From Takakia lepidozioides (Eukaryota; Plantae; Bryophyta), in contig CM060733.1 in the NCBI GenBank assembly GCA_030704615.1, forward strand, positions 33,294,001 to 33,358,000: a stretch of DNA of 64,000 nucleotides, written 5' to 3'. The translations under genes and the position numbers were made by a program. The first letter of the stretch is position 1. Every line of letters starts with the position of its first letter. Positions 24,564 through 36,609 of the stretch are shown piece by piece. Under the pieces are notes generated by a model. It saw only the letters and a program-made list of their open reading frames with translations. It was not told the DNA's origin and ran no database searches.

Positions 24564-27204
24564 ATGGCGGAAAACCCGAGCGCTACAGTGTACTGCCCTC
24601 CTCACGAGCATAGAGCTTCATTTCCGTGCAGAGGGGACATCTGCCGGGTGATGGAGAAATATCTGTGCATTCGATACCACCTGAAACCGGGGTCGGTTTT
24701 TTTTGGAGGAGGAAAGGAAGGACTCAAACGGCCTTGTTGTCGAGAGTATTGTTGTGCTCCACGATGATTTCGGCGATGGCAGGGAATGGCGAGTTCCACC
24801 ATCGGACAACGTCATATACAGGGCTGTTGGGGACTTCATTTGCCCGCCAAATGCACCTTCTATCCTGGCGCCTTCCACGAAACAATCCGCGAATCAGAGA
24901 GTGGCTACCTCAAAGAGAGAAGTCCGCAACGAAGTAAATCCAGAGCCGAACCCATCCATGAAGACGAGCGAGAACCGGGTTGTTCACAACCTGTCCGACT
25001 CAGACGAGGTCATGGAAGTTCCGAGGTCGTCCTGGAGATCAGGCAAGTCCTCAATGGACGTCAGTGGAGGAGGGAGTCATATTCCCAGCACAAGCACCGC
25101 AGTTCGATCTATTCTTGAAATTCTGCGAGGGCTTCACCTAGAGGGACACCGGTCGGAGCTGGCCGGGCTGGACTACAGCAAGTTCGCAATTAAATCGGTT
25201 ACATGCCTTCCCGCCGACGTCGACGGTAATATCTTCTTTGAGTTCCCTCCTCGGGCGGACTACTCGAGGGCGTCCGGAATGTTGACAGATATGGATAGAA
25301 AACATGACGGTCATCCTTGGTGCGTTACCAAAACCACCAGCATGAAGATGCTCGATGGTGTGCGGGTGCGCTACGTTGTTTGTGCGGGCGCGTTGAGGTG
25401 TTTCTCCCCAACTTGCTTCCACTTTAAATCCAGAGGTCACAGGAACAAGACCGATTGGACAGGCACAGCTCATCAACCATTTCGAGCTCAGGAGAAGGTT
25501 CTGAACTCCACATTTAAGTGTGCGCATTGCAAAGAACCACCACACTGCATGTCTGTTTGTAATGCCAAGCAGTTCTATGTGTTGCACCGTTTCCCTGACC
25601 TCACCCGAGCTTGCATACACGTTGGTTCCCATTGTCACAAATTGGCGAGGGGGAACTCGTGGGAGGCTGCCCACGAGGCAGAGCAGTTCGTTTAGGAAGA
25701 GGTTAAGTTGAGACCGGGTGCCAAACCCAAACAGATACAGCTCCAAGCCGCCCATAAGATGGCATTGGCCAGAATTATGTCGGAAGACGGCTCCGATAGA
25801 GTTCCTCTCGATGAGAAGGAAATGGAGGCATTGCTGGAGTGCACTGATTTTTCCTGGCGTGCCTCCTCTGCGGCACATCTGGTGGACATCCTCACTGCCA
25901 CAACGGAGGACATTGTGAGGTCAATTATGCAGCAATGCAGGTACAACGAGTTCTTGAAAGGGAAACAGTGGGGCTTGGGGCCGGACAGGCAGGAAATGCT
26001 GATGCGGACTGCCTCTAGATCGAAGAATCCTCGGAAGTGGTGGGCGGCCTTGCGAGAGGGCCTTCGGGACACGCCATTGCTGCGAAGAGGCCAACATTTG
26101 GAAGGAGATGTTCATACCCGTCCAGTGAGACGAAGACTTGACGAGGCACCTGGCGGAGAAGAGGATTCATGGCGAGCTGACAAGAATATTCGCACGCTCC
26201 CTCGTGGTCCGGTGATGTTGCCCGAGGAGGTCTCGTCGAGCACCGCAAGTTGCACGTTCAAGATCGCCATCTCCTTTGAGCACAGGGCGCGTGCCCCGGC
26301 AACATAACGAGCCATCTGTAGTAAAGCAGTACAACATTCCTATTGTGGAGACAAGAGTGTCGGAGTCACAGTGGAGAATTGCGAGGACATTGCCGGCATT
26401 TCGAGGGAAGTGCTGCGCCATCCGGGTGGATACGAGAGCACGCTTTGGTGAGATGATTCGGAGGAACCCACACGGTGCTGTACCTGCACCTGTTTCAGCG
26501 GCAGATTTTTGACTCCCACATTTGCTCACGCCACAACGCAGACGTTTTGGTTCTGTAGGCACGACATAATGACTTGTGTATTTGGCAAGCCCCAAGTACG
26601 GGATTCAGGGAATGCCGGAGCCTCCGGGCGTCTGGCCTGTTGCACCGGGTTGCAGCCTCTCTCAGAATGAGGCGGATGCTCTATCTGCAGCAGGATTTCG
26701 AATGGTGCAACGCACAGACATCCCGGCCCACGCATTTCCGGTTCCTCAGACCCAGCCATTGCAGACTGCTCGGTCCAGTAGAGACGGATTGGACAATTCT
26801 GCACATCCCACAATGCGATTCGGAAGAGTGAAGAGACGACACCCTCCCAACAAGTTGAATGAGACTCGGATTGCCAATGCTCTTGGGATGGCTTGCACTA
26901 TTCAGAGCTCCGTGGACGTACCCCCACCCTGCCTTGGGCGTGTGTATCGGATGGCAACGGCCGGCTCGGCTGTACGCGACGATGTATACACAATTACGAT
27001 TGGAGTGGAGCCGACTTGCAATTGTACGGACTTCTCGTGATGGAAGCAAAGAAGGGTTCGAAGTATTATCCGTGCAAGCATCTGTATTACATTTACCTGA
27101 AGAGGTTGAGGATGAACGTGACTATTGATGACTTTATTCATGCACCGGCGTTGAGCGTGAACGAGCTGCACAAACTCCTCCTTAGGGATTCCAGAAATCA
27201 TTGA
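24564..27204 (+). pseudogene. Subfamily-2 MULE transposase, copy B (DDE core deleted at ~25840, SWIM retained)
   Basis: Near-identical to the reverse complement of copy A. It jumps from EMEALLE to the post-E region; SWIM CNCTDF...PCKHLY; internal stops. Confidence 0.88.
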
Positions 27205-27354
27205 TGGGGCAAAGGGAATCCTCCATATGGATATTTTCAATTGCATTTTGCTGTATCAGACTTTTTTTTGCAGTGTAATGAAATGCACCCCAAAACTCCT
27301 GGAATGAGGCAATATTCCATTCAAACTGAGATCCAACAGAAGCAGTTGTGGGGC

Positions 27355-28026
27355 TATTTCTGGAAAAAACGGCGCCGAATTCTCTTTTTGGGGCCGAAAA
27401 ACTGGCTAAGTCCCAAATGCACTGGTACCTGTGTTTGGGAAAATGGCGCCGAATTTCTCTTTTTGGGCCGAAAACTGGCTAAGTCCCAACATGCACTGGT
27501 ACCGTGTCTGGAAAAATGGCGCCGAATTTCTCTTTCTTGGGCCGAAAACTGGCTAAGTCCCAACATGCACTGGTACAGTGTCTGGAAAAATGGCGTCGAA
27601 TTGCCCTTTTTTGCGCCGAAAACTGGCTAAGTCCGAACATGCACTGGAAAAATGGCGCAGAATTACCTGTCACGAGGGGACCTATAGCCGCGGAATTCGG
27701 CACCATTTTGCGCCAGACAGACCTATTACCGCGAAATACGTCTCCGTTTTTTCAGGTTACGTACCCTATTACCGCGAAATTTGACGCCATATTTGCACAT
27801 GTTGCTGGGAATTGGCATGAGCGGAAGACGAAATATCATGAGCACAACTGTCAAAACTGCAATTTTCCCTTCAAGGGGCCGAATAATATATTTGTTTTTC
27901 CTTACACATTGCATTAAATTATTGTTTTTTATTTTCGAAATTTGTACTTCTGCTCATGAAAACCGATTGTCTTACTACTCCGCTCATGCCGCTCATGTCG
28001 CTCATGCTCATGAAATAGCAAACCTC
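27355..28026. repeat. Subterminal repeats and terminus of subfamily-2 MULE
   Basis: ~65-bp tandem units (aaaatggcgccgaattt...ggctaagtcccaacatgcactgg), then gctcat repeats and the end ...tgaaatagcaaacctc. The same end occurs at 36180 and 60737. Confidence 0.85.
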
Positions 28027-29152
28027 CTCAAGAATGCCATGGCGGACCTCAACTCGTAAGATACTCATACCCTCCCAAGCACGTTCAAAATGCGGTGCCG
28101 CATTTCGGTTTCCAATCTGTTTTGTTTCCGTGCTTCCGTGGACTGAACTGGAGAGTGTGCCTTGCAGGGTGACTAAAAATGTGTATGTGCATACCCACAT
28201 GGCACATATGCTGTACAGGGTGAGGAAAACTGGTCTCACTGATCCGCACATGTTTGCGGAAATGCTGGAGCCCGAGCTCATTCAGAAAGCCGTGGCAAAA
28301 ACTGACCGGACATGGTATCATCTCACTATGGATGGAATGGTGGAGGTGATATACGAAGTAAGTCGTCCTCCCATTTCCCTCTACTCATCCTTCCCCAATT
28401 TTCAATAATCTTTCCACATGAATCGAATGTAACGCTTCTGCATGTTTTTGTTGGCAGTCAAACATCAAGCTGGATTTGGCCCATGCCAAACGCTTCTTCA
28501 TGGAAAGTGAGGGGCAGATCAAAACGTTGCAGTCATTGACTGAGCACTTGAAGGAAGTCGGGGTCAAGTCCAGAACAAAATACAAGTCAAAGCTTGTGAA
28601 GCTGGTGGCCATTGCAGATCTGGCACTTGGAAAGGACTTCATCCCCGAGATTGCAAAACACTATTCTCGGGCCATGCAGCCGACCATGCAGTTAGAGAAA
28701 CTGCATCATCTCTCGACGGCATGTGTTGAGGCGAAAGAGAAGGTAAGGTTTCAATGCACTGAAGTTCCTTCCTAGCAATAGCCACTCTTCTTCCTGCTCC
28801 TGACATTGGATCGGAAATGGCAGACACGGTGGCTGTCGATCTGGAATGCGTCGGAGAGTATAAGGACAATGTGGTCTTTTCCACTCGAAGTTTCCGACCC
28901 TGCAGTGGATGTGTGGCTCAACCGCACGACTTGGTGGTTCCAGGTAATTCAAGGTACTTCCCCATATTTGCTTTTCTGAAATGAATTCCCTGAACTGCTA
29001 CGTGACAATGCATGTGGGAATCGCAGGTAATGACAAATGCGAAGGAGCAAGTCGTAATGCATACAAATTCGTTCGGCTTGTACGTCAAATGGGATGGAAC
29101 ACAGACACTGGAAGACTACGTGACACATTTCAGATGTGCGTACTAGGACAAC

Positions 29153-29400
29153 CACTAGAAGAGAAACCGGCTTTTTCCACGGCTCTGTCATCTCACACCT
29201 GGCACATTCCACGGCTTTTATCACGGGTCTATACACTGAGCCAAGGTGTGGGTCTAAATATGCCCTAACTGTGGGGTGTCTCACATGTGGTCCACACCCC
29301 AGGCAAGAACGGTGTGAAAACAGCCATGAGCGTGGCAGGGGTTGGCTTAGTTTACATGGCATGTTACACACCTGTGTGAAATGGGAACATACAATTATTT
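29153..29400 (+). mobile_element. Probable CACTA element end
   Basis: cactagaagagaaacc begins exactly where homology to the duplicate copy (~33115) ends. Right boundary approximate. Confidence 0.55.
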
Positions 29401-29929
29401 CCACTGATTGGTGTGTATGGGGAGTTTGAGAATGATGCCCTTGGAAAATGATTATGAACTTCATGTTCATGTTTAGAAATCTGTACGATGGTACTAGCAA
29501 GTGAAGAATACACCCCATTTTCAATCTCTACATTATGAAGTCTACAATGCCCTTGGTGAAATGAGCATGGGGATCGCATTCAAAGGTGGCCCCGTTCCGT
29601 TGCAACCTATGACACAACTAGGACAAATAGGCATAGGCATGATTTACACTTTTTGCCACAAATCACTTGCATCATCCTTACGTTGAACTCCTTGTTTATG
29701 TGACATGCTTGGACTTTGTCATCTCACACATCAAAGAAAAAACCAGAATATTTCGAAAAACTCCTAACCTAAAAATCCTAACCTAAATTTACTAACAAGG
29801 GTTCAAACCAGCCCAATGGTAATATATTTTATTACCATTATCAAGTCGGTCAAGTCATGATACAACCTCAAGGACAATGTGGTGAGGGCATCTTCTTCTT
29901 TGACCTATTTCAACCTGTTTTGCCCTCTC

Positions 29930-31410
29930 ACATCATGTTTGTGTGCATTGCAATGCTTGTGCAAGCCTGGCAACCCTTGAGAAGGGTAAAGAGGTGTATG
30001 GGGATATCATCAAAGCTGGAATTGTACCTAATGTGATTCTAAACACTGCCCTGGCAGCTCTGGAAAAGGGGGAAGGAGGTCCGTGGTGACATCTTCAGAG
30101 CTGGAATTGTACCAAATGTCATTCTGAACAATACCCTAGTGGACATGTATGCAAAATGTGGGTGCATCGGGGATGCAAAGGGAGTGTTCAACACTATGGC
30201 TGAACGAGATGTGGTGTCGTGGAGTGCGATGCTTGCAGGGTATGCACAGTAGGGACGTGGGATGGAGGCTTTGGAGACTTATGAGCAAATGATGGGGGAA
30301 GGGGTCCAGCCCGGCCACATTATGTTTGTATGCATTGCAGCCCTGACAGCCCTGGAGAAGGGCACAGAGGTGCATGGGGATATCATCCAAGCTGGAATTG
30401 TACCTAATGTCATTCGAAACACTGCCCTGGCAACTCTGGAAAAGGGGAAGGAGGTCCATGGTGACACCTTCAGAGCTGGAATGTTACCAAATGTCATTTT
30501 GAACAATACCCTAGTGGACATGTAGGTAAAATGTGGGTGCATCGAGGATGCAAAGGGAGTGTTCAACACTATGGCTGAACGAGATGTGGTGTCGTGGAGT
30601 GCAATGCTTGCAGGGTATGCACAACAGGGACGTGGGATGGAGGCTTTGGAGACCTACGAGCAAATGATGGGGGAAGGGGTTCAGCCCGGCCACATCATGT
30701 TTGTGTGCATTGCAGGCCTGGCAACCCTGATTTAAATCAGACACCTCAACCATACCACAGCTTCTAAAAGAGGATCAAGAGAGGGACTCCATAATGCCTC
30801 TTCTTGCTCTTCTGGGCATGTGAAGATGCTTTGTGAGGCAGGTAGACTGAAAGAGGCTCTACAACCTTTAAACCAAGGAGCATTTCAGTCACATTATCCA
30901 AAGTGGATTCACACCAAGTGTTTTTCTCCTCAACCCCCTTGTGAACATGTATGTTAAGTGCAGGAGCATCATGAATGCACACCGAGTGTTCAACGGAATG
31001 CCTCAACGAACTTTGATCACGTTGAATATAATGTTGGCAGGATTTAACATGGGTGTGGTAGGAATGCTTTGGAGACCTATGAGCAACTGCTACGCGAAGG
31101 GGTGAAGCACCATCATCACATTTGTTTGTAATGCATGTGCAAGCCTGGGAGCTCTGGAAAAGGGCAAAGAGGTCCATGGTGACATCATCAAATCTGGAAT
31201 TGTACCCAATGTCATTCTGAACACTGCCCTGGTGGACTGCATGTATGCCAAATGTGGGTGCATCGAGGATGCAAAGGAAGTGTTTGACAGTATGGCTGAA
31301 CAAGATGTGGTGTCGTGGAGTGCGATGATTGCAGGATATGCATAGCAAGGGCGCGGATGGAGGCTTTGGAGACCTATGAGCAATGATGCGGGAAGGGGTG
31401 ATTCCCCGTG
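29930..31410 (+). pseudogene. PLS-type pentatricopeptide repeat (PPR) pseudogene with internal tandem duplications
   Basis: Repeated LVDMYAKCG..DAKGVFNTMAERDVVSWSAMLAGYAQ.GRGMEALETYEQM and LEKGKEVHGDII motifs with stops and frameshifts. Confidence 0.9.
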
Positions 31411-31415
31411 GAAAA

Positions 31416-32075
31416 ATAGCTCCAAGAAACCTGCATGGGTAGATGGTCAACTGGAAGCCGCAGCAGCAGCGGCATAATTGATAAAATCAGGGACTTTGAC
31501 ATGATACTGCCAAAGTGACAATAGGAAAGTATCCAGAAATAGGTAATAGAGAGGAGAAGTTGTGGAATGAATAATTTTCTGACCCCAGTCAATGTTGGGA
31601 CAACCGTCTTGGAAGGTAAATGCCTTTGGATTACAGAGTGGGTAGAGATGCAATTGAGAATAGGAACTGGTGTGTGATTGAGTTGGTGTTTGTTTGGCTG
31701 AACAAATCTAGGCTGCCATTGTCAGCTGCTAACAACAATGCAAGGATGTGCATTGATCTGTGCAGAGGCATGGATAGCTGAAGGAGCAGGGATAGAGTGT
31801 TATCCAAGAGGGCCAGATTTCAAGCTCCAGATTACTTATGATTCCCTGTGGAGGGTTAGCTACAAGAAACCTGCATGGGTAGATGGTACATAGTTTGGAG
31901 TGACTTTGACATGATACTGCCAAAGTGACAATAGGAAAGTATCCAGAAACATGTAACAGAGATGAGGAGAAGTTGTGGAATGAATGCTTTTCTGACCGCA
32001 GTCAAGGGTGGGACAACCGAGGGAAAAAGGTGAATGTCTATTAGATTACAGAGAGTAGGAGACGCAACTCAGCAT
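31416..32075. repeat. Direct duplication (~440-bp period)
   Basis: caagaaacctgcatgggtagatggt...gactttgacatgatactgccaaagtgacaataggaaagtatccagaaa at ~31422 and ~31863. Confidence 0.75.
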
Positions 32076-35000
32076 AGACACTAAGGCAAACTCTCCTTCC
32101 CATGTGTGTGTTTTGGTATCTGAGCGAATAAATATAATTTCTAAAAACATAATTTCAATATTTTGTTATTTAATAATGTTCTCATCCACGCCACTGTCCA
32201 TTTTTCCTATAATAATAATAATAATAATAACAACAATAAATTAAATCCATTAATATTCAAACTTAATATTTGAAAGCAAATAATAATTAATTAATGTGTA
32301 CCACCACACAGGAACGAACACGTGTTGCATAGTGACTGGTCTCACTGATCCGCACATGTTCGCGGAAATGCTAGAGCCCGAGCTCATTCAGAAAGCCGTG
32401 GCAAAAACTGACCGGACATGGTATCGTCTCACTATGGATGGAATGGTGGAGGTGATATACGAAGTAAGTCGTCCTCCTATTTCCCTCTACTCATCCTTCC
32501 CCAATTTCCGGTAAATCTTCCACATGAATCGAATGTAACGCTTCTGCATGTTTTTGTTGGCAGTCAAACATCAAGCTGGATTTGGCCCATGCCAAACGCT
32601 TCTTCATGGAAAGTGAGGGGCAGATCAAAACGTTGCAGTCATTGACTGAGCACTTGAAGGAAGTCGGGGTCAAGTCCAGAACAAAATACAAGTCAAAGCT
32701 TGTGAAGCTGGTGGCCATTGCAGATCCGGCACTTGGAAAGGACTTCATCCCCGAGATTGCAAAACACTATTCTCGGGCCATGCAGCCGACCATGCAGTTA
32801 GAGAAACTGCATCATCTCTCGACGGCATGTGTTGAGGCGAAAGAGAAGGTAAGGTTTCAATGCACTGAAGTTCCTTCCTAGCAATAGCCACTCTTCTTCC
32901 TGCTCCTGACATTGGATCGGAAATGGCAGACACGGTGGCTGTCGATCTGGAATGCATCGGAGAGTATAAGGACAATGTGGTCTTTTCCACTCGAAGTTTC
33001 CGACCCTACAGTGGATGTGTGGCTCAACCGCATGACTTGGTGGTTCCAGGTAATGGGATGGAACACAGACATTGGAAGACTACGTGACACGTTTCAGATG
33101 TGCTTACAAAGACAACCTCTTCACCAGGGAGCTGCAGACAGCAAGAAGGAGCGTGGAGTTTACACATCAGGAGGGAGCGGGAAAAGCTGCAATGCGAATT
33201 GTTTACAGGTGAAGCCCAGCTGTCCTTGTATGCAAAGCCTGGTAATGAGGTTTGTCTGGGAAATGCGGCACCGCATTCGCATTTTATGTTTTCGGTTGCA
33301 CTCTGCGAGTACGTTGGTCTCAACTTTTGCTCACGCATGCTGACTGCCCTGTAGGTATATGAAATACATGCTTTTTCAGACAGGGGCCCTGGCTCAAGAG
33401 CCCCCGTTCTTCATGGCTTGGACCGTGGCGGGCCCAAGCTGTGTCTACACACCCGAGATGCAGAAACAATGGCATGCCGCGCATCTGGTTGGATGCCCGT
33501 GGTACCTGGACATGTCTGGCGGAATTGTTGACGAGTCTGAGAAAGATCTGCACGCGAAAGCAGAAGAGAAGAGAAAGGAAAGACGTGGCCCTGCTCGGCC
33601 AGTGTCGGCAAAGGAAGCTACTGCTCTGGAACAATCCAGAAAGGCAGCTGAGATGGCACAAAAGACGGTGGATGCAGCTGTGCAGGCTCAACAGAAGGGG
33701 TCCAAGAAGCGGACTCGCCAGCAAGGAGCAGCAGTTGTGACACCCAAGAAAACAAAGAAGCAGAAACAGATAGTGCAGGTAGAGGGTGAGGAAGAGGACT
33801 CGATGGAGACTTTGCAACCAGCCCACCCCCGAGACGCAGCCGAAATCCCCTGTGCCCACCATTGTCACGAGAGGGACGAGAACTGGCTCGGCAAAGAAGG
33901 CACTCTTCAACCCCCGGGGGGGCACCCTTTCGAGCCAGTGGAAATGAAGAGGCCGAAAGTGGATCCCGATACAGTAGTCCAGTGTGTGAATGAGAGTTTC
34001 TTGGCGGCTTTGGATGGACGGGCAGCCAAGTTGGCATACATGAAGACCATGGAGGGTCTGAAGGGCAGAGCACTGAAGAAGGCGGCTGCCAAAGAGCCTT
34101 CGACACCCCCGGGTTTCTGAAGATGGTCTCGTTCTTTGAGAGGGTGTGTGCAGACAAGGATTGCAGGAGGGGCGGAAATGCCACCGAGTGGTCTTGCGAT
34201 ATGATCATCTTGGATATTCCGGACGGAGAGCCTGTGGAAGGACTGCAAGCTTTGCCATCTTGGAACAGGTACTCCGAGGACTTTTGGAAGAAAGGATTCG
34301 GGCTCGCGCCGCATGGTGTTGGACGACAGAGGCTGTGTGGTTGTCCTAGCGAGCAGAGGCAAAAACACGCAGACAGGAATTGCGAAGTGGACCCGCAAGA
34401 GCACCGTCCCAATTCTGAAGAAGAAGTGGACGTGCATCAACACATTGGGCCTTCGGTCGGAAGGGAAGAAGGTAATTACGACCTTGGCACTCGTCCTTTC
34501 ATTTTCTTAGGAGTTTTGAAATGCGGTGCCGCATTCGATTTCTAATCGTTCCCCACTGTGTATGCAGACGAAGCAGTTCGATGCATACTGCTTTGTGAAG
34601 GAGAACTCCACCTTTGCTTTCCGGAAGGAGGGATTGTTGGTTGACCCGAACTGCGACCCCATCGATTACGACGTCCTGTTCAACAACGTTCCCACGGAAC
34701 TTCTCCCTCATAGCCTCACTTCAGCTGAACCCCTGCGGTAGTCACGCACTCGGAGCCATGCCTTCATTCAGACAATTATGGAGACATGCACTGACGTGGA
34801 GGGCACAGTGCTCGACCTCATCTGTGGGACAGGTATGTAGAATCTTGTTGTATGCTTTTCTGCAAACTCTCGTTATGCTTTCATTTGCAACATCTGAAGG
34901 GCCATGTCATAATGTGTGATGGCATTGTAACAGGTGCCTCAATGTGGGCTGGGCGGTTTTCCGACCGGCACCTCTTTGCCTACAAGGAGGACACAGGCGT

Positions 35001-35823
35001 CTGGGGATCCCATCTGGAAGGGTTGCAACGGAATGTGAAGGCTCCCATCGAAGTCAAAGACTCCTCGGATTCGTCGGAGTTGGACATTGATGCCGAGGAG
35101 AACCCGGAATACGAGTGAGTGCAAACATTGTAAGTTTGCAAAGCCTTCTGTGTGATTTTTTGTCAAACGCATATCCGGACTGTGGTTCTCATTGGTCTCG
35201 TTGGTGATTGTTTTGTGCAGGATTGAGGATCCGGGTCAAAACATGTAGGGCCTACACTTCTTGCCAGGGAGAATGTCCCGTTCTTTGCGAGGGCCGACTT
35301 CATGATGAGCCCGGTGAAGGACTACTCCCTTCCTAGTTATGCAGCTAAACTCGCAAATACAGCGATTAGACGATGTGAGAATCCCAGTAAAGTAGAGCAG
35401 ATTTTGGGAGGGCTAGGAGGACAGAAGGATAGGGAAAGAGTTGGCAACAGCTGAGGCAGGTAGACGGGTGCGAAAGTTCATATGTGATTCAGCGGATGAG
35501 AGCGATGCAGACAGGGAGGACGACGAGCCAACGGAGGTGAGATGGTCGGTTCCGCAAGGTGAAGATGGGATTTTCGAAAGCATGGCCAACGACCAGTCCG
35601 CTGGAGATGAGAAAGGCAATGACGGGGTGGAGGTGGAGCAGGACAGTCAAGGACAAGACGGCAGTAGTGATGATTTTCAAGATTAATACAATTTTAATGA
35701 ACTCTCTGTACATTTTAAATTCAATTCCAGAGTATATAAAGGGAATTCTCCCCGTCCTTCATGTCCCCTCTCCATGTGCTTCTAAACGACAACATCGTCC
35801 AAACCTGGTCCCTCCCAAAATCT

Positions 35824-36179
35824 GAAATGTGGCACCGCATTTCAATGTCTGAACGGAAATGTGGCAACTGCAAAAACCTCGTTTGGAAATGCGGCACCGC
35901 ATTTCCAAAACCAGGGCAAGAACAAATTTCCGTTTCATGGTTTGGACATCAGAAACTGTTCGGACAAACGGAAATGCGGTGCCGCATTTCCGTTTCCAAC
36001 ACAGCAGTTTTGCCGATTGCCAGCTCCTTCCATGGATGTAAATCGAAATGCGGAGGTCGACCATGGAAATGCGGTGCCGCATTTACCTTTTGGAGATGGA
36101 CATTTTTCCAATTGCAGACCCATCGACGTTCTTGGGCTCCCAATTCCATGATGCTAGACGGGAATGCGGCACCGCATTC
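35824..36179. repeat. Subfamily-3 palindrome array GGAAATGCGGYRCCGCATTTCC, left part
   Basis: About six copies; the array continues at 42227-42750 after the nested insertion. Single copies lie in introns at ~28088, ~33259 and ~34518. Confidence 0.88.
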
Positions 36180-36609
36180 GAGGTTTGCTATTTCATGAGC
36201 ATGAGCGGCATGAGCGGAGTAGTAAGACAATCGGTTTTCATGAGCAGAAGTACAAATTTCGAAAATAAAAAACAATAAAAAACAATAATTTAATGCAATG
36301 TGTCAGGAAAAACAAATATATTATTCGGCCCCTTGAAGGGAAAATTGCAGTTTTGACAGTTGTGCTCATGATATTTCGTCTTCCGCTCATGCCAATTCCC
36401 AGCGACATGTGCAAAATATGGCGCCGAATTCCGGTAATAGGGTCCGTAACCTGAAAAACGGCGACGTATTTCGCGGTAATAGGTCTCTCTGGCGAAAAAT
36501 GGTGCCGAATTCCGCGGCTATAGGTCCCCTCATGACAGGTAATTCGGCGCCATTTTTCCAGTGCATGTTCGGACTTAGCCAGTTCGGACTTAGCATGTTC
36601 GGACGTGCA

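Larger units (their letters stand above)
28027..35686 (+). pseudogene. Subfamily-3 ParB-MTase cargo gene (3' three-quarters), disrupted by a CACTA/PPR block and a partial duplication
   Basis: LKNAMADLNS|gtaag, with exons homologous to subfamilies 1 and 2. MTase motifs CDMIILDIPDG (~34195-34226) and VLDLICGTG|ASMWAGRFSDRHLFAYKED (~34808-34990); acidic tail. Segment 28231-29140 is repeated at 32335-33100. Confidence 0.82.

Noticed and set aside
29153-32334. One intact CACTA element
   Set aside because: TIRs match only in the first 5 bp and there is no 3-bp TSD.
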